Shown here: in pieces, positions 1 to 10,949 of the stretch
Position numbering within the stretch: the stretch's first letter is position 1
Layout: each line of letters starts with the position of its first letter
Source of the DNA: Batkoa obscura
Lineage: Eukaryota
NCBI GenBank assembly: GCA_030770535.1
Contig: JASVEC010000012.1
Location: forward strand, 1-64,000
DNA length: 64,000 nucleotides
Direction: 5' to 3'
Notes under the pieces: generated by a model
The model's input: only the letters and a program-made list of their open reading frames with translations
What the model was told of the DNA's origin: nothing
Database searches by the model: none
Translations under genes and position numbers: made by a program

Positions 1-32
<32 letters not shown>

Positions 33-69
33 CCCTAACCCTAACCCTAACCCTAACCCTAACCTAACC

Positions 70-110
<41 letters not shown>

Positions 111-1296
111 CCCTAACCCTAACCCTAACCCTAACCCTAACCCTAACCCTAACCCTAACCCTAACCCTAACCCTAACCCTAACCCTAACCCTAACCCTAA
201 CCCTAACCCTAACCCTAACCCTAACCCTAACCCTAACCCTAACCCTAACCCTAACCCTAACCCTAACCCTAACCCTAACCCTAACCCTAACCCTAACCCT
301 AACCCTAACCCTAACCCTAACCCTAACCCTAACCCTAACCCTAACCCTAACCCTAACCCTAACCCTAACCCTAACCCTAACCCTAACCCTAACCCTAACC
401 CTAACCCTAACCCTAACCCTAACCCTAACCCTAACCCTAACCCTAACCCTAACCCTAACCCTAACCCTAACCCTAACCCTAACCCTAACCCTAACCCTAA
501 CCCTAACCCTAACCCTAACCCTAACCCTAACCCTAACCCTAACCCTAACCCTAACCCTAACCCTAACCCTAACCCTAACCCTAACCCTAACCCTAACCCT
601 AACCCTAACCCTAACCCTAACCCTAACCCTAACCCTAACCCTAACCCTAACCCTAACCCTAACCCTAACCCTAACCCTAACCCTAACCCTAACCCTAACC
701 CTAACCCTAACCCTAACCCTAACCCTAACCCTAACCCTAACCCTAACCCTAACCCTAACCCTAACCCTAACCCTAACCCTAACCCTAACCCTAACCCTAA
801 CCCTAACCCTAACCCTAACCCTAACCCTAACCCTAACCCTAACCCTAACCCTAACCCTAACCCTAACCCTAACCCTAACCCTAACCCTAACCCTAACCCT
901 AACCCTAACCCTAACCCTAACCCTATCCCTAACCCTAACCCTAACCCTAACCCTAACCCTAACCCTAACCCTAACCCTAACCCTAACCCTAACCCTAACC
1001 CTAACCCTAACCCTAACCCTAACCCTAACCCTAACCCTAACCCTAACCCTAACCCTAACCCTAACCCTAACCCTAACCCTATCCCTAACCCTATCCCTAA
1101 CCCTAACCCTAACCCTAACCCTAACCCTATCCCTAACCCTATCCCTAACCCTATCCCTATCCCTATCCCTATCCCTAAAAATATCCCTATCCCTATCCCT
1201 AAAAATATCCCTATCCCTATCCCTAAAAATATCCCTAAAAATATCCCTATCCCTAAAAATATCCCTATCCCTAAAAATATCCCTAAAAATATCCCT
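1..1296. repeat. Telomere (CCCTAA)n = TTAGGG on the minus strand; variant hexamers ATCCCT and AAAAAT in the proximal ~220 bp
   Basis: About 1.08 kb of near-perfect CCCTAA from base 1 with the C-rich strand 5', as expected for a left chromosome end. Variants at ~925 and 1081-1296. Confidence 0.98.
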
Positions 1297-1474
1297 TGTG
1301 AAATATTGCTTCATTAGCTCTAGGATTGATTATAATATAATACAATCAATCCAAAATTCCTTATTTACATTTGCTGTGGGAATTTCTACCGCTTAATCAT
1401 GAAGAACTTATTGCTCACTTTTTAATGTCCATACTTGGCAACTATAATAAAAAACAGCTGTTATCGTGTTCCTT
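1297..1474 (-). mobile_element. 3' fragment of TG..CA element family B (solo-LTR or Ginger-like), abutting the telomere
   Basis: Reverse complement of ~3007-3251 with an internal deletion of ~70 bp. Begins exactly TGTGAAATATTGC. Confidence 0.85.
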
Positions 1475-1939
1475 TGTGAAAGTTGATACTTAGTGGTCGA
1501 AGTTAAAAGCTACTCTTGCTTAATTAACTTGCCTTGAGTCGAACGGTCTTAGTTTATGTAACTAAGATAGACTTAACTTAATAGAAATAGTACGTAATAA
1601 GCTACGAATTATGTAAATAAATACAATGGAAGATACTACTGTAAAATCTACATAAGATGTTGTCAGAAAGACTTAGTGACTTTATTAACGATACGTTATC
1701 AGGGAGTAATCCAATTAAAAAAGCCTCGAGTTATCATATTGAAGAATCTCTTTTATACTCCAATAAATATGGATATTAAAAGGAGAGGATGTTATTCCTT
1801 GCAGTATGAAGTTAGGAATTCTCGTAGCGAATCAAAATAAGGGACTCGGACTTGATTGTGTTTGAACTTGAGAACACAACAACTTAAGTGATTGTTGTGT
1901 TATAATCAATCCGAGAGCTAAATAAAGCAATATTTCACA
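1475..1939 (+). mobile_element. TG..CA element family A, 465 bp (solo-LTR-like)
   Basis: TGTGAAAG...TTTCACA termini; full-length homologue at 53329-53789. Confidence 0.85.
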
Positions 1940-2042
1940 ATGAGGATGTATTTTTTTGTTTAAGAATTTTACTATCAATCTTTCCGCTCAAATGGCTCTT
2001 AAAAAATGGAGAAAATAATGAAATAAAAAAAAACATCCTCAT
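1940..2042 (+). mobile_element. ~100 bp MITE, copy 1
   Basis: ATGAGGATGT...ACATCCTCAT inverted termini; shared core tttaagaattttact...cttaaaaaatgg. Confidence 0.85.
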
Positions 2043-2177
2043 GTTATGTTTAAGTTTAATTAAATTATAGAAAATTAGAATCTATTTATAAACATAAATT
2101 ATTTATTGGTTTTTTAATTTAAGTATTTTAAAACATTTAATAATTATAGTAATTATAGTAACTATAAAATATATTAT

Positions 2178-2283
2178 ATGGGGATGTATCTTTGTGTTTA
2201 ATAATTTTACTAATCATTTTTTGCTTAAATAGCGCTTAAAAAATGGAAAAAGCGATGAAACCAAAAAAAAAAAAACCCCCCAT
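2178..2283 (+). mobile_element. ~100 bp MITE, copy 2 (left arm of palindrome)
   Basis: TA|TGGGGATGT...CCCCCA|TA; same core. Confidence 0.85.
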
Positions 2284-2289
2284 ATATAT

Positions 2290-2387
2290 ATGATGTTTTT
2301 TTGGTTTCATCACTTTTTCCATTTTTTAAGCGCTATTTAAGCAAAAAATGATTAGTAAAATTATTAAACACAAAGATACATGCTCAT
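2290..2387 (-). mobile_element. ~100 bp MITE, copy 3 (right arm of palindrome)
   Basis: Near-exact reverse complement of 2178-2283. Confidence 0.85.
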
Positions 2388-2609
2388 ATAATATATTTTA
2401 TAATTATCATATTAATTATAATTTAAAGTTTTTAATATTTATTAAAAATTTTATAGACTTTTTAGTTTATTGTTATAAAACTATTAATACTTAGCTATTA
2501 ATAAAATAGTTCAAATATTTATTATTATTTTAATAGAAAAATTTAAACATTTATTAATTTTCTAAAATTATTTTTGTTTATTTTTCTTATTTTAAATTGT
2601 TTTTAGTTA

Positions 2610-2713
2610 TACGAGGGGTGTTTTTTTGGCTTCACCACTTTTTCCATCTTTTAAGCACTATTTGAGCGGAAAAATTATTAGTAAAATTATTAGACATAAA
2701 AATACATCCCCAT
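2610..2713 (-). mobile_element. ~100 bp MITE, copy 4
   Basis: TA|CGAGGGGTGTTTTTTT...ATACATCCCCA|TA; reverse complement of the family core. Confidence 0.85.
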
Positions 2714-2715
2714 AT

Positions 2716-3251
2716 TGTGAATGTTGTTACTCAGCGGTTGGAGTTAAAAGCAGTTCTAGCTTAATTAACTGGCCATAAGTCAAAGATTCTTAGTTTATGT
2801 AACTAAGATAGACTTAAATTAATAGGAATAATACGTAATAAGCTACAAACTATATAAAACAAATAAAATAGAAGATACTAATGTAAAATACTATAAGATT
2901 TAATAGCTTTATTAAAGGTATAATATCAGGGAGTAATTCAATTAAAAAGCCTCGAGTTATCATGTTGAAAAATCTCTTTTATACTCTAACTGGGTGGCTA
3001 TGTATAAGGAACATGATAACAGCTGTTTTTTATTATAGTTGCCAAGTATGGACATTAAAAAGTGGGCAATAAGTTCTTCATGATTAAGCGGTAGAAATTT
3101 TCACAGCAAATGTAAATAAGGAATTTTGGATTGATTGTATTATATGAATCACTTGACAAAATTGAATACAAGGCTACAACTAGTTTTGTAAATAAGTTAA
3201 GTGATTATTATGTGATAATCAGTTATAGAGCTGATGAAGCAACACTTCACA
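2716..3251 (+). mobile_element. TG..CA element family B, 536 bp, apparently complete
   Basis: TGTGAA...TTCACA termini with ~20 bp of imperfect inverted similarity. Shares the first ~270 bp and last ~50 bp with family A; the middle differs. Confidence 0.85.
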
Positions 3252-3479
3252 AATTTTAGTTTGATTAATTATAGTACAATATTTACATTTTATTATAATT
3301 GTTTTAGAAAAAATTAAACAAACTAATTTAAATTTTTAACAGTAACTTTTAAAAACAAATAAAACATTAAATTTATAAAAAAAACTCCGAATTTTATATA
3401 CTTTTATTAAACATTATAAGTTAAAAGAAAATTATTTAAATATTTTTTAAAAACAGTTATAATAAATTTAAGACACTGT

Positions 3480-3582
3480 ATGGGGATATATTTTTGTGTT
3501 TAATAATTTTACTAATAATTTTTTCACTCAAATAGCGCTTAAAAGATGGAAAAAGTGATGAAGCCAAAAAAGACACCCCCAT
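3480..3582 (+). mobile_element. ~100 bp MITE, copy 5
   Basis: TA|TGGGGATAT...ACACCCCCA|TA; family core. Confidence 0.85.
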
Positions 3583-4152
3583 ATTATTAACTAAAGTTAA
3601 TTTAAGTCAAAATAATTCAACTGCTTAAAATCTTTTCAAAAACCTAATCAATTAACTAAAATATTACTCAGTCCAAAACTTTATATACTTGGTATAATTT
3701 ATTTCGTTTTATTATATCATCTATTTGAACTATAACAAACTCAATAAAAATTCGAATGAACTTTGTTAATAAGTGAGTTGACTGGGCTTATTTTAAAGGC
3801 TTGTCCAAAAAATTAAACTAACTTTAAATTATTTTATCTCTTATACACTTTCAAAGTTTAAATTATTATAGCCAATCATTATTAGATAGTCGTGTAAAAC
3901 TAATATAAAGACTATTCAAAACTTAACTTTAACACCACTAGTTTTTCTCAGGCTAATAAATATAGTTTTTAAAAATAACAAATGATATTAAATCCTTAAA
4001 AATAAAGGGTTCCAAATTATAGTTGAACCTGAAGAATAAAAGTAATGCATTAAACAAAAATAAAAATAAAAATGGAGAAATTTGAAGACACAAAAATAAC
4101 AGTAAAATAAACTTGACTTCTTTTAAATTTAGAATAACATTGCTAATAAGGA

Positions 4153-5964
4153 ATGAATTTACTGATTAATACTAAATACATATTATTATTATTATTATGT
4201 ATTAACTTTATAGTATCTAATATCAATTTTAATATAGACAATAATGAGTTATTCAATAAACCAAAAAAATTATTATTATGCTCAATGATGGGAGGGAAAT
4301 CACATATACGTTTACATTTAGAAATAGGAAAAGAGTTGAAAAGAAGGGGCCATAAAGTAAGTTATGCTTCATCCACTGATCAAATAGGCTGGGCAGATAG
4401 CTATAACTTCACTAAAATAAACCTAGGTCCAAACCCAGTATCCGATGAGTTACACTCAAAAGTAATAAAAGCCTTAACAAAGCAAACTTTAGCATATTCT
4501 ACATTGTCTTTATTTACTTATGCTGGTGTGGAACTATCATATAAAATGGTTTATAATGGGTTGAAAAAACAATTTGAAGAGGAAAAACCAGATTTAGTTA
4601 TTTGTGATTTCTTATTGATTGCCTGTTTCGACATTGCAAGTAAAATGAACATTACTTATGCGGGTTCCTTTCCTTCTTTAGGCTTTATAGGTAATATTTT
4701 TGTTTCCTTGTTATATAATATATGAATATCTTTTATAGATCAAACATCTGCAAGTTATATTACAAATAGATTTGAAATGTTACCACCAACTACCAGGGAT
4801 TTGAGTTTTAAAGATAAATTAATGTCAACATTATATACACCATTAGCAAAAAAGATACTTCATTTAACAATAGGATTTCAATTAAATAAAATAAGGAAAG
4901 AATTAGGTGTACCGCCTTCCTTTGGGAATTCATGGCAAAAATTGGATCGTACAATGATATTTATTGATACATTTTTTGGTTTTGATGTAATTCTATTATA
5001 CTTTTTATATTAGTTTACAAATTATATTATATATATATATATTAATTAATTAATTAATTTTTTGTAGTCAGCTCGTCCATTATCGCCATTAGTTCAAACA
5101 ATTGGACCAATAATACCTAATGAATACCCCAAATTAAATGATGAATTATTAAACTTTTACAAAGATAAAAGTAAAGTAATCTATATAGCATTCGGTACCA
5201 TAGTAAGATTAGAAGAAGAACAAATTAAAACAATAATGGAATCAATATTAGTACTTTTAGATAGTAAAATTATTGATGGTGTTATATGGCCAATAGGAAA
5301 TACAATGTTAAACTTAAGTACAATTAAAATACAATATAAAAATCAATTTTTATCTTGGGATCAAATTTTAAATATTAAGACTTCCATTAAAATTTTAAAT
5401 TATGCTCCTCAAATTGCTATACTTGAACATCCTTCCACTATTTTGTTTGTTTCCCATTGTGGTATTGAATCTACCTTTGAAGGTTTATATTCTGGTATCC
5501 CCTTTTTAGCTATCCCATTTTTTGGTGATCAACTCATTAATGCAGCTAATCTTGTTTCTAATGGAGTAGCCTTAGCAGTACACCATAGTAAATTAGATGA
5601 TAAGGAGATAGTAATAAATAGTATAGTAAATATAACCCAAGATAAAAATAATCAATTTAGACAGAAGGTATTTAAAATGAAACAGATAACTTACGCTTCA
5701 AGTTTCAATAAATATTCTACTGTGGATTTAATTGAAAGAATCATGTTTCTTTCTTTTACTTCTTTACCAAATGAAAATCCATTGCAACATTTAGTAACAG
5801 TAGATTATGATATGAGTTTTTTCTATTCATATAACTTAGACATTTATTTTTTTATTATAACTTTGGTTTTATCAATTTTAAAAGTAACGAAATTTGTTAA
5901 AACTAAAATTCATAAAAATAAATTTGATTTAAATTCAAATTTAAAAAATAAAAAAATAATTTAA
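4153..5964 (+). CDS. UDP-glycosyltransferase (GT1, UDP-glucuronosyltransferase-like), ER membrane type; exons 4153-4690, 4739-4986, 5068-5964
   Basis: Signal peptide; GGKSH catalytic His; KPDLVICD; UGT signature YAPQIAILEHP..FVSHCG..S..EG...GIP....PFFGDQ; C-terminal TM helix ending KKII. Confidence 0.93.
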
Positions 5965-6189
5965 ATAAAATTTTATTTTTGTACTATTATATTATTTTTT
6001 AATTTACTATTGTATTTCTAATATTTTTCGTTAATCGATTTTTTTTAAATTGAATTTTTAATCCTAAAACAAACTAAAAAATGATTGGATAAAGAATAAC
6101 CCATAATAATTGATTGAAGATAAACCAAGATAATCTCGAAAAGTGTTATTTTTTATAATTATTTTAGAACAAGTAAAATCATTATAACT

Positions 6190-6465
6190 ATGTCAACTTT
6201 ATCAAAATACTCTTCAAACGTACAATTTAAGCGTTTCACTCCTCAGATTATTTTACGTTGGTAAGTTAGATATATTTAATTATAAGTAATTTAACTTATT
6301 AACTTATTTAGGGCTCCTTCATTAGCTCGTTGGGGTGCCGTAGCAGGTATTGGTTTATTATTCCTTGGTGAAGGAATTCCACTTGTACGCCAAGATATCC
6401 TTTCAAAGATTCCTATCGCTGGTGGTCTTTGGCATTTACCTACCCCTCCTTCTGAAGAAGAATAA
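6190..6465 (+). CDS. QCR10: Cytochrome b-c1 complex subunit 10; intron 6261-6311
   Basis: Spliced product MSTLSKY...RWAPSLARWGAVAGIGLLFLGEGIPLVRQDILSKIPIAG...; missed by the ORF track. Confidence 0.88.
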
Positions 6466-6543
6466 TTGCTCAATTTAAGTTTAATGATTTTATAATTTTA
6501 TTTTTTATAAATTAAATAGTTAAATTTATAATTTGTTTTTATT

Positions 6544-8239
6544 TTAATAAAACTGAGATAATAAATAATCAAAGAAAGGAGAGTTAGGTAAATCAGGATC
6601 ATTATCATTTATAGTATTAACAGAATAGGTACAAATAGCTTCCAATAGTAACTGCTTACGTTCAATGAAATTAGTATAAATTTGGTCAATTTCATTAAAA
6701 GTAGAATTATTCATTAAATCTATATTGAAGCAAAACTTAAATATATCATTTAAGCATAAATTTAATAGGTTGAATATTATATCATTATTATTTAAAAACA
6801 AATAAAAAATAATATTATTAATATATTTATGGTATATAATTTTCAGCCTTGCTATTCCAAATTGATTATTCTTTATATTTTTTATCTTATCTAAATGACT
6901 ATTTAAATAATTGTATAAATTATAAATATTGTTATTGTTATTGTTATTGTTGTCTTCAGTAATATTATTAAATAGTTGATTTAATTTAAACAAATGAGTA
7001 TGAATAACTAAATAATGAATATAATATTGAAATGAAGATAAAAAATGGTTAAAATTAAGCATTAGACTAATATACTTCTTATCATTATTTATAGCATGAT
7101 GCTTCATCTTTATATTACATAATAATTTGATTAAATATTGTAATTTTAGTTGTAATTGAAATATTAAATTAAATTTATTTATCATTACTTGAGTAATAAC
7201 TATAGTAATAGGTAATGATAAATTATTATTTAATTTTAAATTATAGAACAATTCATTGCCATTATTATTATCATTATTATTATTTAAATAATTGAAATAA
7301 ACTAATAAATTATTCTTATTATCGTTGTTACTACTATTATTAATCGTATGATTTAGCTTGTTAATTACTTTGAATATAAGATGCTGATTATTTGAATTAC
7401 AATTAATAATATTAATATTTAATTTAATAATATCTTCAATAAATTGATTAACAATAAAATTAATTGGATGATTTAACAAAAAATAAACCTCAAATAATTG
7501 ATTACTTATAATATTTAATTGAAATTGTTTAATGAATAACATTTCTATTGAATACCGTATTAATTGATTTTGTTCCTTTATCTTGTTTATTATTCCTTCT
7601 TTAATTATTCTATCAACTTTAATTGACTTTCTATTTGAACTAATTTCGTTTAATAAAGATATTGTTGAATTGTTATTATCTATTTTGGGCGACTTTGATA
7701 TTATTTGTATTAAATCAAGTTGATTATTATTGATATTTTTTAAATATTTATTGTTATTACTATTTAATGTTTTATTAAACATAATATCAACTAAATCCTC
7801 CTTTAAGGTATTATTATTTAAATAATAAATCAATTGACTCATTACATGTTTAATATAAATATTCCAATTTACATTTAATCTAATACAAAATTTGATTATA
7901 AATATAAAACAATAATAATAACAATAAACTTACTCTTGAAATTTAACAGGATTAATAATATTATTTATCTTTAAATTGTTACTTAAAAATAAAGAATGTT
8001 TTGGTAAATAATAATAAATAATTCGAATTAATAATCCTATTTCAAATATTTCCATTAAGGATATTTCATTAAACAAAAACAATGATGAGCTATTTATACT
8101 ATCACTTGTACTGTTAAAATAATGGTAATACAATTCAAATAAATCATTAATACTATTGATATCATTATTATAAATTATATTATTGAACATTGAATTAAAT
8201 AACTTTTTTGATTTGAATTCATTAATTATATTAATTGTA

Positions 8240-8270
<31 letters not shown>

Positions 8271-9757
8271 TATTATTATTATTACCAATTCCAATCCACA
8301 AATAAACATCTTCGAAATAAATTGTAATTGTTTCAATAAACAATGTTGCTATTAAATTATATTCTCTCATTATATTAAATCCATCGTGTTGGTACAAATA
8401 ATTATATAGTAACTGGATTATTGTTTCGTTTTTATTTAAATTACTAAAATCAATAATGATATTATTAAAATTAATGACATTACTATTGTTATTACTATTT
8501 ATAAGACCATCATTGCTATTATTGTCAGTACAAGCAATGTCTAACAAACGAACTAAAGTAGAATAAATAGAAGAAAGACTATGCCATAATTTAAGCAAAG
8601 ACGGGATAAAATTAGTGGAATTAAAATAATGATTTAATATCTCATAAACTTCACATTTTACTAAATTTAAGTAATTATTCAATGAGTTACTAAATTTTAA
8701 TCCAACTGGATTATTATTGTTGTTATAAGTGAGTATCAGATTTTCTATAACTTTTATTAATAGCCCAAAATTACAATAGTGTTCCATTATTTGCTTATTT
8801 AATAATGTCAAATATATTATGTTTTTACTACTACAATTCTTATTTAATTTGCTCATTATTAATTCAAATCTCTTACTAAACTTATATTGATATTTAATTA
8901 AATCAAATTCAATAATTGAGTTATTGATCCCAAACAATATATAAGGAATACTATTGTATATTGACTGTATATTGTTGTTTATGACATCATCGTTTACGGT
9001 ATTGTTGTAGAATAAATCAATATAATTTCTATTTATCAATTAAGAGCATTAAAATGAATAATAATAAATTTACTTTTTACACTTAAAATGAATATAATCG
9101 ATGGGCTGTTCACTCAAATAATTGGAATTTTGATAATGAATAATATTATCTAGCAATGTTATATATGCTTATGTGTATATTATAAAAATGCTTACTATTT
9201 TTTTCTACATCACTACGCTCTATAATATTGTTATTATTAATTCTCTCCCATTCAAGTGGTTTTAAATCCTAATATGACATATTGTTACAGTTATTTTATG
9301 CTGATATCGTAATTAATTAAAATTCCTACAATAGCTTTGAACCGGTATTTTATCATTAAATTATTTTGCTTATCACCTATAATACTATCTTCCTTTTTCT
9401 TGCGTTTAATTAAACTGACCTCATTTTCAAAATTCAAGTTTTGATATTGACTCTTTTGATTTATTAATAGACTATTTCCTTATTATACTATTATTAATAT
9501 TATAACTTAACAAAAATTACCGCTTACCGATTCTGACATCTTTTACCTCCTTCTTATTATTATCTGTTCCTTTTTTCTGCTTGACTATTTCTATAAATTA
9601 TATTATATTGTTGTAATTGTATTTATTAACACATCGCATTACCTAATAACTTAAAATCGTTTTGGGGTAAATGAGAAACTAATAAATTGATATTCTTCAT
9701 TTTATTTTGAATTAGAGTCAAATAGTGTATATCATCCTTATTGTTATTAAATTTCAT
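6544..9757 (-). CDS. Gamma-tubulin complex component (Spc97/Spc98 family; possibly GCP5/6), Asn-rich, multi-exon
   Basis: C-terminal GRIP2-like region (LPITIVIT...FNLIFQLQLKL...FLSSFQYYIHYLVI...HKYINNI). ORFs 6544-7842 and 7930-9039 plus upstream exons; ATG at 9757. Confidence 0.7.
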
Positions 9758-9846
9758 TTTAAATAAAAGAAAAGGCTATGGCTTATATTTTACTATAAAT
9801 AAAATTCAGTACAAAAGTCGATTTTTTTTTCTATTTTTTAAATACA

Positions 9847-10653
9847 ATGAATAATCAAAATAAAGCTAAAAAACAAGACAATCAATTAAATACCGTAGTC
9901 AATAAATTAACAAAGGCTGCGTTGGGCGCATCTGCGTCTAGTATAGATATTGAAGATCCAACAGAACTAAACAATTATATTAGTAACATGTTACTACAAG
10001 AAGCTAAGAAGAAAGAAAAGTTATTCGAAAAATATGGCACAACAGCATATTTAAATCCATTACAAAGGTAGGCATAATTATGTTATTGGAGGTATTTATT
10101 TATTTATTTATTATTGTCATAGCTTTGAAAGAACAACTAAACCAGATAAGCAGTTTCTGAGTAATATAATAAAACACACAAACAGTCATAATCGACATTT
10201 GTTGAAGCAAGAAAAAATAAGTAAAGAGATGAATAATAAGGGTATTTTAATTTTAAACTTTAGTTATTTTAATAGTAATAATAATTTACAGATCATAAAT
10301 CAAAAGCAAGTCATCAGTTATCGACAATCAATAGGTTACTTGATTCAAAAAATAATAAGAAAGAAAACAAAAGGAAAAAGGATGAAACAAAAGAATCTGA
10401 AAGAGAAAAGGATAAAAGTAAAAAGAAGCAAAGTAGAAGAGAAGATAAATTCGATAGTGATATGAAAGGAGACAGATTTGAAGGAAACAAAAAAGAACAA
10501 GAAATAAAGTTCAAAGGACGAGGTAAAGTAGGTTTGAATCGAATGGATAAATATTTCAAGGAGGACTATAATGCTAAAATAGACTTTGACGATTTAAATT
10601 GTAATTACAAAAACAATGATGAAATAATAGGCCCAATGCCGAATTCAAAGTAA
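9847..10653 (+). CDS. Conserved fungal hypothetical protein, charged; 3 exons
   Basis: Exons join via GT-AG introns (~10068-10122, ~10242-10291); motifs KPDKQFLSNIIKHTNSHN and KGRGKVG..RMDKYF..DY. Confidence 0.7.
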
Positions 10654-10740
10654 CTATTAATATTAAATAAATTTTTGTTTATCAGTGTTTTATTATTACT
10701 AATTAAAATTATTGTGTTGTAAATTTAGTTGAAATTTCTA

Positions 10741-10842
10741 TTGGTGATGTATTTTTTGTTTAAGAATTTTACTAATAATCTTTTCGCTGAAATAGCGCTT
10801 AAAAAATGGAAAAAATAATGAAGCCAAAAAGAACGCCCCCAT
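10741..10842 (+). mobile_element. ~100 bp MITE, copy 6
   Basis: Family core; ~75 bp identical to copy 9 at 54042. Confidence 0.85.
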
Positions 10843-10949
10843 TATCATTTTTATTACCCTTAGTTATTAAATTAAATAAAAAATTATAAAGTATATGTAA
10901 TTTTGGGCAATTTTTTTAATTAGCTTAGTTGTAACCATAGGTTTGAAAA

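Noticed and set aside
88..1314. 408-aa RV-repeat ORF as an ordinary gene
   Set aside because: It follows automatically from the stop-free frame of TTAGGG; kept only as a hypothesis in findings.
1940..3582. Clustered ~100 bp repeats as a CRISPR-like array
   Set aside because: Mixed orientations, irregular spacing, terminal inverted repeats and dispersed copies indicate a MITE; eukaryotic context and no cas genes.
6291..6473. Short antisense or alternate-frame ORFs in the track (e.g. 6291-6473, 11241-11504, 12311-12535, 18691-19008, 28359-28565, 35775-35987, 50815-51400)
   Set aside because: Shadows of well-supported genes on the other strand or frame.
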